Shown here one piece after another: positions 27,319 through 39,257 of a DNA stretch of 64,000 bases (position 1 is the stretch's first letter; every line of letters starts with the position of its first letter). Position numbers and translations under genes: made by a program. Source of the DNA: Thermotogaceae bacterium (lineage in GTDB: Bacteria > Thermotogota > Thermotogae > B21-G9 > HyVt-16); the NCBI GenBank assembly GCA_029981435.1, contig JARRBB010000002.1:1042-65041 (forward strand), read 5' to 3'. The notes beneath the pieces were generated by a model. That model saw only the letters and a program-made list of their open reading frames with translations, had not been told where the DNA came from and did no database searches.

Positions 27319-28402
27319 AAATGTTACAAAGATCTATGATAACAAGGTGGTCGCTGTTAAAGATGCAAATTTAGTTGTTGAAGATAAGGAGTTCGTGGTT
27401 CTTCTTGGACCATCTGGCTGTGGAAAAACTACAACTCTCAGGATGATAGCAGGATTAGAAGAAATAACAAAAGGTACTATCAAGATTGATGGAAGAGTTG
27501 TAAACGATGTTGAACCAAAGGACAGAGACATTGCTATGGTTTTCCAGAACTACGCATTGTATCCTCATATGACGGTTTATCAAAATATGGCTTTTGGTTT
27601 AAAACTAAGGAAGTATCCTAAAGACGAGATTGATAGAAGAGTAAAAGAAGCCGCAAAAATACTTGGAATAGAAGAGCTTCTTGACAGAAAACCTAAACAG
27701 CTTTCAGGTGGTCAAAGACAAAGGGTGGCAGTTGGAAGAGCCATTGTTAGAAATCCTAAAGTTTTCTTGTTCGATGAACCACTTTCGAACCTCGATGCAA
27801 AGTTAAGAGTGCAGATGAGAGCAGAACTTAAAAAATTACACAGTAGACTACAGGCTACCATTGTTTATGTTACGCATGATCAGGTTGAAGCAATGACTAT
27901 GGCAGATAAAATAGTCATAATGAAAGACGGGGTCATTCAGCAAATTGGTGACCCACATCAGATATACAACAAACCAGCTAATATTTTCGTTGCTGGTTTC
28001 ATTGGGAGTCCTGCTATGAACTTCATAAAAGCAAAAATCGTTAGAGGTGAAGGTGGTCTTTGGGTACAGGCAAGCGGATTCAAAGTCAAGTTAGTAAAAG
28101 AACACGAAGATTTGTTAGCAAACTATGTAGATAAAGATGTTATTTTCGGGATAAGACCTGAGAATGTATTTGATAAAGTTTTTGCGCTCGCACCAAGTTC
28201 TGAAAATACAATATCTGCACAAGTAGATATTGTCGAACCATTAGGAAATGCGACAATCCTTCATTTAAGATCTGGTGAAGATTCTATAGTAGCCAGTGTT
28301 GATCCAAGAACTAAAGCGAAAGAAGGAATGGAAATGGACGTTGTATTCGATATGTCAACAATTCATATTTTTGATCCTGAAACTGAAAAGGCCATTATCT
28401 AA
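27299..28402 (+). CDS. Sugar ABC transporter ATP-binding protein (MalK/MsmX family)
   Basis: GPSGCGKTT, VFQNYALYPHM, LSGGQRQR, YVTHDQVEAMT, C-terminal OB/TOBE region. Confidence 0.95.
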   Translation: MAQVLLENVTKIYDNKVVAVKDANLVVEDKEFVVLLGPSGCGKTTTLRMIAGLEEITKGTIKIDGRVVNDVEPKDRDIAMVFQNYALYPHMTVYQNMAFGLKLRKYPKDEIDRRVKEAAKILGIEELLDRKPKQLSGGQRQRVAVGRAIVRNPKVFLFDEPLSNLDAKLRVQMRAELKKLHSRLQATIVYVTHDQVEAMTMADKIVIMKDGVIQQIGDPHQIYNKPANIFVAGFIGSPAMNFIKAKIVRGEGGLWVQASGFKVKLVKEHEDLLANYVDKDVIFGIRPENVFDKVFALAPSSENTISAQVDIVEPLGNATILHLRSGEDSIVASVDPRTKAKEGMEMDVVFDMSTIHIFDPETEKAII

Positions 28403-28436
28403 AGAATTGCATCCTCAAAATAAAGTAGAAAATTTT

Positions 28437-28464
28437 AAAGCCGGGAGCATACCCGGCTTTCTTT
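28437..28464. terminator. Bidirectional terminator between convergent msmX-like gene and pyk
   Basis: AAAGCCGGG-agcata-CCCGGCTTT with T-rich flanks. Confidence 0.8.
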
Positions 28465-29899
28465 ATACAGCCTCAGATAAAGTTTGTATTTTAAGCAAGT
28501 TAGTGGTTCCAGGTAGCCCCCATGGAATTCCAGCGGTTATTATTATTTGTTCTCCCTTTCTTGCTAAACCAAGTGTTAATATCAATTCTTCAATAGCATC
28601 GAGCATTTCGTCAGTATTTGTTGTTTTTCCAACCAATATTGGATATACCCCCCATACTAAACCAAGCTTTTGATATGTAGAAAACTCAGGGGTTATACCA
28701 ACTATAAGTGCTTTAGGTCTATACTTTGAAACACGTCTTGAAGTACTTCCACTTGTGGTTGGTGTCACAATAACATTTAAATCAAGGTCGTTTGAAATCT
28801 CCCAGCAAGCCTTCGCGATTGCTTCGTTGGTATCTTTTATCAAAGGATATTCACGTAAAGTATCAAGAAAATTTCTCTTGAATTCTTCATATCTTTCTTC
28901 CGTGACTCTTGCAACTTTATCCATCACCTGAACGGATTCGATCGGATAATAACCGATGGCTGTTTCACCCGATAACATTATTGCATCGGTTCCATCAAGT
29001 ATAGAATTTGTAATGTCTGCGACCTCAGCTCTTGTTGGAGTTGGCTTTGAGATCATTGATTCAAGCATTTGAGTTGCTGTTATAACCGGCTTAGAATAAA
29101 GATTGGCCAACTGGATAATTCGTTTCTGTTCTATAGCCACTCTTTCTATTGGCAGTTCAACACCTAAATCTCCTCTTGCTACAAGTATTCCATCTGAAAC
29201 TCTAACTATATCGTCTAAGTTTTTTAGAGCCTGAGGAGTTTCTATCTTTGCAATAACATCTATATCGGAATTTAATTCGTGTAGTATCCTTTTCAGTTCA
29301 AGTACATCAACAGCTTTTCTAACATAAGATTGTGCTATGAATTCTATATTTTCCTCTACAGCCAGAGCCACGAAGTCTCTATCTTTTTCAGATAAAGGTG
29401 GAAGATCAAAATCAATTCCAGGTACGCTCAATCCTTTCTTTGACCTTAATTTGCCGGAATTAAGGGCAACACATTTGAGTCTATCTTTTAGTTTATTCAA
29501 AACTTTCAGTTTTATGTTTCCGTCATCTATTAAAATTACATCGTCTATATTCAGATATTCTAAAACTTTTTCTCCACAGGTTGTTGCAAAACCTTTATCA
29601 TGAATTTGTTCAGAAGAAGCATAAATACTCAACTCTTCGCCTTTTTTTACATCAATCTCGTTTTCAATGCCGACTATTCTAACCTTAGGTCCTTCAAGAT
29701 CAAGAATTATAGGGAGTGAAATATTTAAACTTTCTCTCAAGGATTTAAGTAATTTGATCATTTTTCTATGTTCTTCTATAGTGCCATGTGAGGTATTCAA
29801 CCTCACAACGTTCATCCCTGCATTTATTAGCTTTTCCAGCATATCCTTGGAACTTGTTTGAGGTCCTAAAGTACATACTATCTTCGTTTTTCTAAGCAT
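28463..29899 (-). CDS. pyk: Pyruvate kinase
   Basis: RKTKIVCTLGP, AKIET, VARGDLGVE, ATQMLESM, PTRAEV, MLSGETA. Confidence 0.97.
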   Translation of the reverse strand: MLRKTKIVCTLGPQTSSKDMLEKLINAGMNVVRLNTSHGTIEEHRKMIKLLKSLRESLNISLPIILDLEGPKVRIVGIENEIDVKKGEELSIYASSEQIHDKGFATTCGEKVLEYLNIDDVILIDDGNIKLKVLNKLKDRLKCVALNSGKLRSKKGLSVPGIDFDLPPLSEKDRDFVALAVEENIEFIAQSYVRKAVDVLELKRILHELNSDIDVIAKIETPQALKNLDDIVRVSDGILVARGDLGVELPIERVAIEQKRIIQLANLYSKPVITATQMLESMISKPTPTRAEVADITNSILDGTDAIMLSGETAIGYYPIESVQVMDKVARVTEERYEEFKRNFLDTLREYPLIKDTNEAIAKACWEISNDLDLNVIVTPTTSGSTSRRVSKYRPKALIVGITPEFSTYQKLGLVWGVYPILVGKTTNTDEMLDAIEELILTLGLARKGEQIIITAGIPWGLPGTTNLLKIQTLSEAV

Positions 29900-29925
29900 T
29901 TTATAACCTTCTTCCAAAAACAATT

Positions 29926-30888
29926 TTAAGATAAAACATTTGCAAGCTCATAGAGTGATAAGTCTAGTCTCTTTCTTTCTCTTAGAACCTCTTCAAATGG
30001 TGTGCGTACTATTTTATTTCCTTGCAAACCTGACATAACGCCATACTCACCATCAATGAGTGACTGAACAGCATCTGTACCAAGCCTTGAAGCAAGCAAT
30101 CTATCAAAAGATGTAGGACTTCCACCTCTTTGAATGTGACCGAGGATTGTTATTCGTGTTTCGTAACCAATTTTGTACTCCAGATATCTTGCGACTGTGT
30201 ACGCGCTTGCTGCACCTTCCGCAACCACGACTATGCTGTTTATTTTCCCTCGCTTTCTACCCATGAGTAATTTGTCCGCCACCGCCTGATAATCCACGGG
30301 AATCTCTGGAATTATAACAGCTTCAGAACCTGTTACTATGCCTGATATGAGTGCTATATATCCTGAATTTCTCCCCATAACTTCAACAATGAAAGCTCTT
30401 TCATGCGAAGAAGCTGTATCCTTTAACTTCTGTATAGCATCCATGACGGTATTCAAACAGGTATCCACACCTATGCACATATCTGTACCGTTTATATCAT
30501 TATCTATGCTTGCTGGCACACCAACGGTTGGAAAATCAAATAACTGTGAAAGTACAGCAGCGCCTGTTAAACTACCATCTCCTCCTATAACTACAAGACC
30601 CTCTATACCATGCTTTTCAAGATTCTGAAGCCCTTTCTTTCTTCCGCTCTCAACCTTAAACTCTTCACATCGAGCAGTTCTAAGAATCGTCCCACCTTTT
30701 TCCATTATTCCGCCAACATCTTTAAAAGTTAAAGGAACAAATTCATCATCAATTAAACCTGCATAACCTCTCATAATCCCGTAAACCTCTATTCCTTTTG
30801 TTGAAGCATATCTAACAACTGCTCTTATTGCTGCATTCATACCAGGTGCATCTCCACCACTTGTCATAACAGCTATTCTTTTCATCAC
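29926..30888 (-). CDS. pfkA: ATP-dependent 6-phosphofructokinase
   Basis: [35 protein letters not shown]. Confidence 0.97.
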   Translation of the reverse strand: MMKRIAVMTSGGDAPGMNAAIRAVVRYASTKGIEVYGIMRGYAGLIDDEFVPLTFKDVGGIMEKGGTILRTARCEEFKVESGRKKGLQNLEKHGIEGLVVIGGDGSLTGAAVLSQLFDFPTVGVPASIDNDINGTDMCIGVDTCLNTVMDAIQKLKDTASSHERAFIVEVMGRNSGYIALISGIVTGSEAVIIPEIPVDYQAVADKLLMGRKRGKINSIVVVAEGAASAYTVARYLEYKIGYETRITILGHIQRGGSPTSFDRLLASRLGTDAVQSLIDGEYGVMSGLQGNKIVRTPFEEVLRERKRLDLSLYELANVLS

Positions 30889-30898
30889 ATTTACCTCC

Positions 30899-33388
30899 TT
30901 ATAAATTAAATAATCTTAATTGTTCGTTTGAAAATATTTTTTTCTTATTTCGCGTTTTTCTTTTTAATTCTTCTAATTCTTTATCACCTATGCTTTTTAC
31001 TCTTTTATCTATTTGACTTTCTTTTGAAATTATTTCCAGGATTTCCTTCGCTCTTTCCACTATTTCATCATCAATTCCAGCTATTTTAGCAACCTCTATA
31101 CCATAACTTCTCTCGGAAACACCGTCGATTAGCTTATGAAGAAAAATTATCCCTTCATCACTTTTCTTCACCAGAAATGTTTTGTTGAAAATGCCTTCGT
31201 AGAGATTTGACAACTCTGTCAGTTCAGTGTAATGAGTTGCAAAAATAACATAAGGATTTATAACTTTGTATAGATATTCCGAAACAGCCCAGGCTATACT
31301 TATACCATCGAAAGTACTTGTTCCTCGGCCAACTTCGTCAAGAATAACAAGACTGTTCTCAGTCGCATACCTCAAAATCAGAGCAGTTTCGCTCATTTCG
31401 ACCAAAAAAGTGCTTTTTCCTCCAGCAACATCGTCTCTCGCACCTATTCTGGTAAAAACTCTATCAAATATTGGTAAAATGGCTTCTTCCGCTGGAACAA
31501 AAGAACCAATCTGTGCCATTACAGCTATCAAAGCAACTTGGCGTATAAAAGTGGATTTTCCTGACATGTTAGGACCGGTTAATATCATAAATTTGTTTAC
31601 TGAATCCATTTTCAAATCATTTTTTATAAAATCTCTCTCGAATTTTTCGACTATAGGATGTCTTGAATTTTTTAAAATTATCATATCTGAAAATGAAGGT
31701 CTAACGTAGTTATTTTCAAGTGCACAAAGAGCTAATGAAGTTATAGCATCTATTTTCGACAGTGCATAGGCATTTGACTGAATATCACGGAGATAAGCCT
31801 GAACTTCAAGACATATTCTTGCAAAAAGTTCCTTCTCAAGTTCTTCTACGATTTCTCTGGAATGCAAAACTTTAGTTTCAAATGCTTTTAGTTCTTCTGT
31901 TATAAATCTCTCAGAATTGACAAGCGTTTGTTTTCTAATGTAATCATCAGGAACTTTCGATAAATTTCCTTTACTGACTTCGATATAATATCCAAATACT
32001 TTGTTATATCCTATTTTCAGATTACTTATGCCTGTTCTCTGACGTTCAATTTTTTCCATTTCTTTTATTCTTTCTTCGCTATGCTCTAACAATTCAACAT
32101 ACTCATCCAATTCTTTGCTAAATCCACGCTTTATAACATTGCCCGTTCCAAGTTGAGACGCAGGATCATCCCCTATAGATTCTTCTAAAAGCTTCGTGAG
32201 ATTATCAAGAACGATCAAAGCTTCTCCAAGTTTTGAAAGATTTGGATTGGTGAATAAAGCAGATTGAACATAAGGGATTATTCTCAAGGTTTCTCTCAGT
32301 GAAACCAGATCTCTGACAGTAGCTCTATTCAGTGAAACCCTTGTAATTATTCTTTCAAGGTCATACACACTTTTTAAGTATTCTCTGATTTCGTTTAGAA
32401 GTATTCTATCATTTATAAAAGCTTCCACAAAATCCAGGCGTTCCTCTATTTCTTTTAAGTTCAAAAGTGGTGTGACTATCCAATTTTTTAAAAGCCGACT
32501 CCCCATACTTGTAACACATTTGTCCAGCACTCCAAAAAGCGTCTTTGCTTTTTCTTTACCTTTAACTGGGATTAAATCGATATTATCTATCGTGGAAAAA
32601 TCTATCACCATGTAGTCACTTGTTGAAAGTTTTATTGGTATTTTAAGACTTTTAACAACTGTTTTTTGCATTAACTCGATGTACTCAAGTATAGCTCCTA
32701 TAAGCGGGATATAATCTTCCTCAAATCCAAAAGAATCTGTGGTTGAAATCGAATAAAAGTTCTTGACCTTTTCCAGAGCGTTATTTTTGTCATAGTACCA
32801 ATCATCAAGATATTCTAAAAACATTTCTTGGATAAGTTTGGTATAGATCTCAAATTTCTCCTGAAAACTTCTTGGTATTAGAAGTTGAGAAGCTGAGATT
32901 TTTTGTGCATGCTCTACGAATGACTCAACACTGTCAAACTCAAATACATAAAAATCACCAGTTGAAAAATCAATTTGAGCTGTTAAGATCTTTCCGCTTT
33001 TTTCAATCATTGCAAGGATATAATTGTTATGCTCTTCAAGAATAGTGTCTTCAAACACTACGCCAGGTGTAACAACTCTGGTAACTTCCCTTCTAACTAT
33101 TCCCTTTGCCTGCTTAGGATCTTCAACCTGATCACATATGGCGACTTTATAACCTTTTCTTATGAGCTTCTTTAGATAATTATCCAGAGAATGATGTGGA
33201 ATTCCTGCCATTGGAGCACCATTTCGCGAAGTTAAAACTATCTGTAGTTCTTTCGAAACTATTTTAGCGTCATCAAAAAAGGCTTCATAAAAATCACCAA
33301 GTCTGAAAAGCAAAATAGCATCTTTATAGTTGGACTTTATTTCTTTATATTGTTTCATCATAGGTGTAAGTAAGGTATCTTTGCTCAA
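30899..33388 (-). CDS. mutS: DNA mismatch repair protein MutS
   Basis: [45 protein letters not shown]. Confidence 0.97.
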   Translation of the reverse strand: MSKDTLLTPMMKQYKEIKSNYKDAILLFRLGDFYEAFFDDAKIVSKELQIVLTSRNGAPMAGIPHHSLDNYLKKLIRKGYKVAICDQVEDPKQAKGIVRREVTRVVTPGVVFEDTILEEHNNYILAMIEKSGKILTAQIDFSTGDFYVFEFDSVESFVEHAQKISASQLLIPRSFQEKFEIYTKLIQEMFLEYLDDWYYDKNNALEKVKNFYSISTTDSFGFEEDYIPLIGAILEYIELMQKTVVKSLKIPIKLSTSDYMVIDFSTIDNIDLIPVKGKEKAKTLFGVLDKCVTSMGSRLLKNWIVTPLLNLKEIEERLDFVEAFINDRILLNEIREYLKSVYDLERIITRVSLNRATVRDLVSLRETLRIIPYVQSALFTNPNLSKLGEALIVLDNLTKLLEESIGDDPASQLGTGNVIKRGFSKELDEYVELLEHSEERIKEMEKIERQRTGISNLKIGYNKVFGYYIEVSKGNLSKVPDDYIRKQTLVNSERFITEELKAFETKVLHSREIVEELEKELFARICLEVQAYLRDIQSNAYALSKIDAITSLALCALENNYVRPSFSDMIILKNSRHPIVEKFERDFIKNDLKMDSVNKFMILTGPNMSGKSTFIRQVALIAVMAQIGSFVPAEEAILPIFDRVFTRIGARDDVAGGKSTFLVEMSETALILRYATENSLVILDEVGRGTSTFDGISIAWAVSEYLYKVINPYVIFATHYTELTELSNLYEGIFNKTFLVKKSDEGIIFLHKLIDGVSERSYGIEVAKIAGIDDEIVERAKEILEIISKESQIDKRVKSIGDKELEELKRKTRNKKKIFSNEQLRLFNL

Positions 33389-33389
33389 T

Positions 33390-34712
33390 TTACACCTTTA
33401 CCTCCTGTTTTGTGATTTCACCGTAAAGAGGACCTGCTGTTGTTCGACAGATCTTAATATGTACTTTTTGTCCTATGAGTTCTCTTGAACCCTCAAATAT
33501 AACTATTTTATTATTTATTGTTCTACCGTAAAGAAATCCTGGTGTTTTTTCCAAAGTATTTTCGACTATTACTTCAACTTCTTTGTTTAGATACTCTTTG
33601 TTTATATCGCGATTTATTCGCTTCTGAAGTTCAAGCAGCTTTTGCAACCTTCTTGATTTTTCAGATTGAGCTATTTCATCTATAAAATGTTTAGCTGCGT
33701 AAGTTCCTTCTCGTGGTGAATAAACTGCTAAATTCACTCTTTCAAACCTCAAATTTTCCACTAATTCAATTGTTTCATAGAAATCTTCTTCCGACTCTCC
33801 AGGAAAACCAACTATTATGTCGGTACTTATTGAAACATCGGGGATTGCTTTCCTTATTTTTTGAATCAACTCAACAAAAAATTCTTTTGTGTACCCCCTA
33901 TTCATTAGTTTCAAAATCTTGTTGCTCCCTGATTGAACGGGCAAGTGAATAGAGCGCGCTATCTTGTTGGAGCGAGCTATAACTTCTATTAACTCATCTG
34001 AAAAATCTTTGGGATAAGATGTTAAAAACCACAAACGTTCTATACCTTCTATTTTTTCAGTTTCACTCAAAAGTTTGGCCAAACTACTACCATCTTTCAA
34101 ATCCTTGCCATATGAATCGACATTCTGACCCAAAAAGGTTATTTCGATGTAACCTTGAGAAGCAAGTGAACTCACTTCCTTCAATATATCAGGCATCGGT
34201 CTACTTTTCTCTCGACCTCTTGTATAAGGAACAATGCAGTAAGAGCAGAACTTATTGCAGCCATATATTATAGTAACCCAAGCGTGATGTTTACTATCCC
34301 TAATGCGCGGAAAACTTCCATCCAATTCCTCGATATGATCTTCCATATAAACGAATCTTTTCCCCTTCAAAGCTTCATCTATTATTTGATCTATCCGTGG
34401 TATCGAACGAGTTCCAAAAACAAAATCTACGACGTTATTTTCTAGGAGTTTCTCTTTTTCTTTCTCTGCAACACATCCACAAACACCCACAACCAAATTT
34501 TTCTTGCGCTTTTTCACTCTGTTTATTTCTCCAAGCTTTCCATAAAACTTATCTTCTGCCTTTTTTCTGACTGCGCAAGTGTTCACTATTATTATATCTG
34601 CCTCAGTAATGTCTTCCACTGGTGTAAAACCTTTAAGCTTCAAAATACCTTTTATAGCCTCAGAGTCGTTCATATTCATTTGACAACCAAAGGTTTTTAT
34701 ATGAAATTTCAA
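33390..34712 (-). CDS. miaB: tRNA-2-methylthio-N6-dimethylallyladenosine synthase
   Basis: [35 protein letters not shown] domain. Confidence 0.95.
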   Translation of the reverse strand: MKFHIKTFGCQMNMNDSEAIKGILKLKGFTPVEDITEADIIIVNTCAVRKKAEDKFYGKLGEINRVKKRKKNLVVGVCGCVAEKEKEKLLENNVVDFVFGTRSIPRIDQIIDEALKGKRFVYMEDHIEELDGSFPRIRDSKHHAWVTIIYGCNKFCSYCIVPYTRGREKSRPMPDILKEVSSLASQGYIEITFLGQNVDSYGKDLKDGSSLAKLLSETEKIEGIERLWFLTSYPKDFSDELIEVIARSNKIARSIHLPVQSGSNKILKLMNRGYTKEFFVELIQKIRKAIPDVSISTDIIVGFPGESEEDFYETIELVENLRFERVNLAVYSPREGTYAAKHFIDEIAQSEKSRRLQKLLELQKRINRDINKEYLNKEVEVIVENTLEKTPGFLYGRTINNKIVIFEGSRELIGQKVHIKICRTTAGPLYGEITKQEVKV

Positions 34713-34713
34713 A

Positions 34714-35979
34714 TTAATCCTCCTTTCTCACTATTTTTGGAATGGTTGTTAAACTGAATTCTGTGTCCAAACCCCTAAAAATCAGTTCTGCAAAGTAGCA
34801 GATGTTTTTATCAGACTCCGGTACTTCAAATTTCCAACAACCATTTTTTACCTTTTCAGGTTTTTCCATTTTCCAGATCGAATATCTGAAATCAAGGTTA
34901 TCAGAGAATGATATCCATATTTTACAATCAACAGCATCCTGAGATTCAACGAATATTTTCCTTTCATTTCCTTCAAAATACCAATTATATTTTACAAAAT
35001 TCCCTTTATGGACAAGAGCTTTAAAAAATTCTGAAATACTTCTAATTAGTAAACTCAAATTCTTTATACTGTGTTTTTCATTTGGAACGAAAAGGAGATA
35101 ATTTTCTCCTTTCAAATCATAGAAATAAAACTGCGAAGCATCTATAGTCCAGTATTCATCGTTAGTTGATTGAATTATTAACTTCGGCATATCAAGCCTT
35201 TCAATATAACTGTGAGGATCCACTATTTCCAGTAACTTTTTACCCAAATTTGTCCCAAATTTCTCTTGAAGCTTTAAATTAGTATAAGGAGATATTTTCT
35301 TGCTGTAATCTCCCCAATTTTCGAGCTGATGGTTAAGTTGCTTTTCGAAATTCAAATTATCAAAAACTATGGGGGCAATTGCAAATACTCGTTCATCAAC
35401 AGTGGCTGTTAACCAGGTAGTCCAACCTCTTTTGGAAGCACCTGAAACCAAAAATCTTTTCAATTCCATTCCTTTTATTTTTAGTATACTTTGTGTAACA
35501 TCCATTGCAGCTACAACGGATTGTACCATGGGTAATAAAAGCGCCCAGTCTTCTTCACCAGTTTCAAAAAATCTTTGGAAAGAATATGCTATCAATTCGT
35601 CTTCATATAGATTTCCAAAAAGCGGCTGATTAGGAATATCGCCTAATATTATAAATGGTGCAGCGAAAAAATCGGCTATCCAGCTCATTTTATCGGGATC
35701 TTCAAAGTTACCGGTTATGTAAATTACAGCTGCATCCGTTGTCTTCAAGTTTTTGGGTAATATTATTCCTAACCTGTGTTGCCAGCTTATTCCTTTCCAG
35801 ATTTGACTGTGAAGAGATACTGATATGAATAAATCATCATTTTTTAATCGCTTCTCACTTAATATGTGGTAATTTATCTCAGACGAATGCAAATCGATAT
35901 ATTCTTTCAAAGTAACCGGGAAAATCGTTACGGAGAATAAAATAATGATCACAAACAAATAACTTCTTTTGAAGAACAT
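34714..35979 (-). CDS. PqaA (PhoPQ-activated pathogenicity-related) family alpha/beta-hydrolase-like exported protein
   Basis: [42 protein letters not shown]. Confidence 0.88.
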   Translation of the reverse strand: MFFKRSYLFVIIILFSVTIFPVTLKEYIDLHSSEINYHILSEKRLKNDDLFISVSLHSQIWKGISWQHRLGIILPKNLKTTDAAVIYITGNFEDPDKMSWIADFFAAPFIILGDIPNQPLFGNLYEDELIAYSFQRFFETGEEDWALLLPMVQSVVAAMDVTQSILKIKGMELKRFLVSGASKRGWTTWLTATVDERVFAIAPIVFDNLNFEKQLNHQLENWGDYSKKISPYTNLKLQEKFGTNLGKKLLEIVDPHSYIERLDMPKLIIQSTNDEYWTIDASQFYFYDLKGENYLLFVPNEKHSIKNLSLLIRSISEFFKALVHKGNFVKYNWYFEGNERKIFVESQDAVDCKIWISFSDNLDFRYSIWKMEKPEKVKNGCWKFEVPESDKNICYFAELIFRGLDTEFSLTTIPKIVRKED

Positions 35980-36084
35980 AATCACCACCTCCAAGGCCTA
36001 TATTATTGTATCACCATTCCTGAAGTTGATCCCAATCAATATGTTAAAATATATCTTGTAAAAATATTAAGAGGGGGTGTTAGA

Positions 36085-37353
36085 GTGAAGAAACTTTCCT
36101 TTATATTGTCAATTTTACTTATTTTCGTTGTCTCATTTCTCTCAGCTGAAGAGGTTACCCTAAAAATGATTCAAGTTTTTACAAGTCCTCTTCGAACTAA
36201 AATAATAGAAGAGATCATCGAAAAATTCGAAGAACAAAACCCCGGTGTTAAAATCGAGCTAATATCACCACCTTACGAAACAGCATATCAAAAAATCTAT
36301 CTTATGGTTAGTACCAATCAGCCACTCGATATTGTAGAAGTCGGCGATTGGTCTTTAAGTGCACTCGCAAGCATGGGAAAACTTGAAAACCTTGAACCTT
36401 ATATTTCAAAATCTCCTTTAAAAGATTACTTTATAAATGGGATCATCGACGCAGCAAGAATATATAAGAATACCGCATATTTGCTCCCAAATGCTGTGTA
36501 CGTAAAAACACTTTTTTATAGACCGGATATCCTTGAAAAATACGGTATAAGAAGTGTTCCAAAAACAATGGACGAGCTTATGGCTTTCTGCAAATACATA
36601 ACAGATCCTAAAAATAACCAATATGGGTTTGACTTCAGAGGAAAGGGATTCCCAACCGCTTTTATCGATTTGGTAGTTACCTCGTTCTTCGATGATATTG
36701 ATCCTAACAACATGTATCTTACCAAAGATGGCAAATTAATATTCGAAGATCCAAGGGCAAAAGAAGGATTGAAATTTTACGTGGAATTTTATGAGAAAAC
36801 AGCCCCAAAAGATTCCATAAACTGGGGGTTTGATGAACAAGTAAATGCTTTTGTTGCAGGAATAACTCCTTATCTTTTCCAGGATCCTGACACCACAGGA
36901 TTGTTAAACGAGTTGCTAAAAAATGGCGTTTACAAGACAGCACCTCTACCGATTGGAAGAGGTGGTAAGGCCTATCCAACATTTGGATTTGCAGGTTGGG
37001 GCATAACAAGTTATTCCAAGCATAAGGATATAGCATGGAAATTCATAGAGTTCTTCAATTCTCCGGAGAATAACGCCTATTGGTGTAAGATGTACGGAGC
37101 CCTTCCCGTGGATAAAAGAGTTTACGAGAATGATCCTTATTTCAGCAGCGAAATATTCAAAGGATGGGCTGAAATGTTCAACGATCCAGAACATTATCAA
37201 TTCACTAAATATCCACTCGATAACGAAGCCTGGAGTAACTGGAATCAATTCCATGAAGAAACCATGCAAAAGGTCCTTCTCGGAAAAATGTCGATAGACG
37301 AAGCTTTAAAAGAGTGGGCTAAGTTCTGGAAAGAAGCCGGACTTGTAAAATAG
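36085..37353 (+). CDS. Sugar ABC transporter substrate-binding protein
   Basis: Signal peptide, FEEQNPGVKIE, LFYRPDIL, PKTMDEL, AWKFIEF. Confidence 0.9.
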   Translation: MKKLSFILSILLIFVVSFLSAEEVTLKMIQVFTSPLRTKIIEEIIEKFEEQNPGVKIELISPPYETAYQKIYLMVSTNQPLDIVEVGDWSLSALASMGKLENLEPYISKSPLKDYFINGIIDAARIYKNTAYLLPNAVYVKTLFYRPDILEKYGIRSVPKTMDELMAFCKYITDPKNNQYGFDFRGKGFPTAFIDLVVTSFFDDIDPNNMYLTKDGKLIFEDPRAKEGLKFYVEFYEKTAPKDSINWGFDEQVNAFVAGITPYLFQDPDTTGLLNELLKNGVYKTAPLPIGRGGKAYPTFGFAGWGITSYSKHKDIAWKFIEFFNSPENNAYWCKMYGALPVDKRVYENDPYFSSEIFKGWAEMFNDPEHYQFTKYPLDNEAWSNWNQFHEETMQKVLLGKMSIDEALKEWAKFWKEAGLVK

Positions 37354-37355
37354 AT

Positions 37356-37390
37356 TTTAACCAGGTGGGGTTTGACCTCACCTGGTTAAA
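37356..37390 (+). other. Intercistronic stem-loop after the binding-protein gene (mRNA stabiliser or partial terminator)
   Basis: TTTAACCAGGTGGGG-tttga-CCTCACCTGGTTAAA. Confidence 0.75.
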
Positions 37391-37406
37391 TAATTTTTAT
37401 GGTGGG

Positions 37407-38294
37407 ATGATGGTGAAGAGTAAAAAGGTTCTTTTTATATTTTTTATGCTTTTTCCAACTTTTTTCATAATCTCTACGCTGAATATTTATCCCACAATCA
37501 AGGGGATTATTTTGTCCTTTCAGAACTTTACACTTTTCAATTTCAACAGAATAAAATTTATTGGCTTGAAAAATTATATCGATATTCTGACTGATCCAGA
37601 ATTCCCAAGTATTTTACTGAACACTTTACTTTGGATTGTTTGTTCAGTTATATTCCAATTCCTGTTGGGATTTGGACTGGCAATTTTGATGAAACGTCCT
37701 TTTAAAGGAAGATCTATATATGCTGGACTGGTATTCTATCCCTGGGCATTATCAGGTTTTGCAATAGGTTTACTCTGGTCCTGGTTATTGAATGGACAGT
37801 TTGGAATAATAAACGACATACTTTTACGCTTAGGGTTAATAGATTCAGGGATAAATTTTCTTTCCGATCCTAAACTGGCGATGTTCTCGGTTATAATAGT
37901 GAATATATGGTATGGGATACCCTTTTTCGCTATAATGTTGCTTGCAGCTTTGCAGTCAATTCCAGACTCTCTTTACGAAGCAGCAGAAATAGATGGTGCC
38001 GGACCAGTTAAAAAACTGATCTATATAACGATACCTTACATAAAGCCAACTATAATTAACACAATACTTTTAAGATCCATATGGATAATGAATTTTCCAG
38101 ATATAATCTATGGAATGACTCGGGGTGGCCCTGCAGGAAGTACTAATATTCTCGCCGTTCATATGATAAACATCGTGTACTATAAAAACGACTACAGTAA
38201 GGCATCTACTGTCGGAGTTATAATATTAACAATACTCATGATTTACACAATAATATATTTGCGAATTACCGAAAGTGGAGTTGTAGAAATATGA
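37407..38294 (+). CDS. Sugar ABC transporter permease (MalF-like)
   Basis: EAA loop LQSIPDSLYEAAEIDGA; MTRGGP. Confidence 0.92.
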   Translation: MMVKSKKVLFIFFMLFPTFFIISTLNIYPTIKGIILSFQNFTLFNFNRIKFIGLKNYIDILTDPEFPSILLNTLLWIVCSVIFQFLLGFGLAILMKRPFKGRSIYAGLVFYPWALSGFAIGLLWSWLLNGQFGIINDILLRLGLIDSGINFLSDPKLAMFSVIIVNIWYGIPFFAIMLLAALQSIPDSLYEAAEIDGAGPVKKLIYITIPYIKPTIINTILLRSIWIMNFPDIIYGMTRGGPAGSTNILAVHMINIVYYKNDYSKASTVGVIILTILMIYTIIYLRITESGVVEI

Positions 38295-39121
38295 ATAGAA
38301 AAGGTCTTATATCAATTTTTCGTTGGATTGGTCTACTTTTCTATTTATTGATAGCCGTTTTTCCACTGTTCTGGATATTCATAACATCGATAAAACCGTC
38401 ACAGGAAGTTTACACCTTTCCAATAAAATATTTTCCAAGTAAACCAACTCTTGAAGCTTACAAATACCTGTTTAATTTCGCCAAATTTTCCATCTATTTT
38501 AAAAACAGTATAATAGTCTCTCTCAGTGCATCTTCGATTTCTACAATTTTTGCACTCTTGAGTGGTTATGTACTGGCTAAAACGAACTTCAAAGGCAAGT
38601 ATTTTTTAATCTTATTTCTGTTTTTTGTTCAGATGATACCTGCTTATCTTCTAATGGTACCTCAGTTTTCTATGTTTTCGAAATTGGGGTTGATAAATAG
38701 ATTAACCGGTATAACTTTTGTATACGTAGGTATCGGTGTGTCTTTTAGTACTATAATGGCAAGGGGATTTTTTTTAAGAATTCCAACAGCTTTAGAAGAG
38801 GCAGCCTTGATAGATGGGTGCACAAGACTACAAGCAATTGCCAAAATAATACTTCCCTTAATGCTTCCAGGAATAGCCGCCGTTTTCATCTTCTCATTCG
38901 TTAACAACTGGAATGAACTGTTTACTGCGGTACTGTTTTTAAACTCAGAGGAAAAATTAACAGTCCCGGTTGCGCTTTATTCATTTATTTCAAAAGCTGG
39001 AATTCAGTGGAACGTTCTTGCTGCAGGAATTGTGACAGCTCTTTTTCCAACGATAGTTGCTTTTGCCTTTGCACAAAAATACATAGTACAGGGTTTAACA
39101 AAAGGAGCTTTGAAGGAGTAA
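38291..39121 (+). CDS. Sugar ABC transporter permease (MalG-like)
   Basis: IPTALEEAALIDG, WNELF, QKYIVQGLTKGALKE. Confidence 0.92.
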   Translation: MNRKGLISIFRWIGLLFYLLIAVFPLFWIFITSIKPSQEVYTFPIKYFPSKPTLEAYKYLFNFAKFSIYFKNSIIVSLSASSISTIFALLSGYVLAKTNFKGKYFLILFLFFVQMIPAYLLMVPQFSMFSKLGLINRLTGITFVYVGIGVSFSTIMARGFFLRIPTALEEAALIDGCTRLQAIAKIILPLMLPGIAAVFIFSFVNNWNELFTAVLFLNSEEKLTVPVALYSFISKAGIQWNVLAAGIVTALFPTIVAFAFAQKYIVQGLTKGALKE

Positions 39122-39164
39122 ATTACGTTTCTATACTAACGTTCTAAAGCTTCTAATTACTCGT

Positions 39165-39193
39165 TTGCATACAATTCGGGGGTATGGTATAAT
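39165..39193 (+). promoter_or_regulatory. Sigma70 promoter of the mbx operon
   Basis: TTGCAT-17 nt-TATAAT with extended TG. Confidence 0.78.
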
Positions 39194-39205
39194 TTTGGCG
39201 AATTA

Positions 39206-39223
39206 TTGTTAATTATTTCACCT
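39206..39223. promoter_or_regulatory. Putative Rex operator of the mbx operon
   Basis: TTGTTAA-TTAT-TTCACCT just downstream of the -10 element. Confidence 0.5.
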
Positions 39224-39257
39224 TATATGTACATAAATATTTTGAAGGGGTGATTTT

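Noticed and set aside
37356-37390. Long hairpin as a mobile repeat or sRNA
   Set aside because: Single copy in the window, at the usual position for a stabilising stem-loop after an ABC binding-protein gene.
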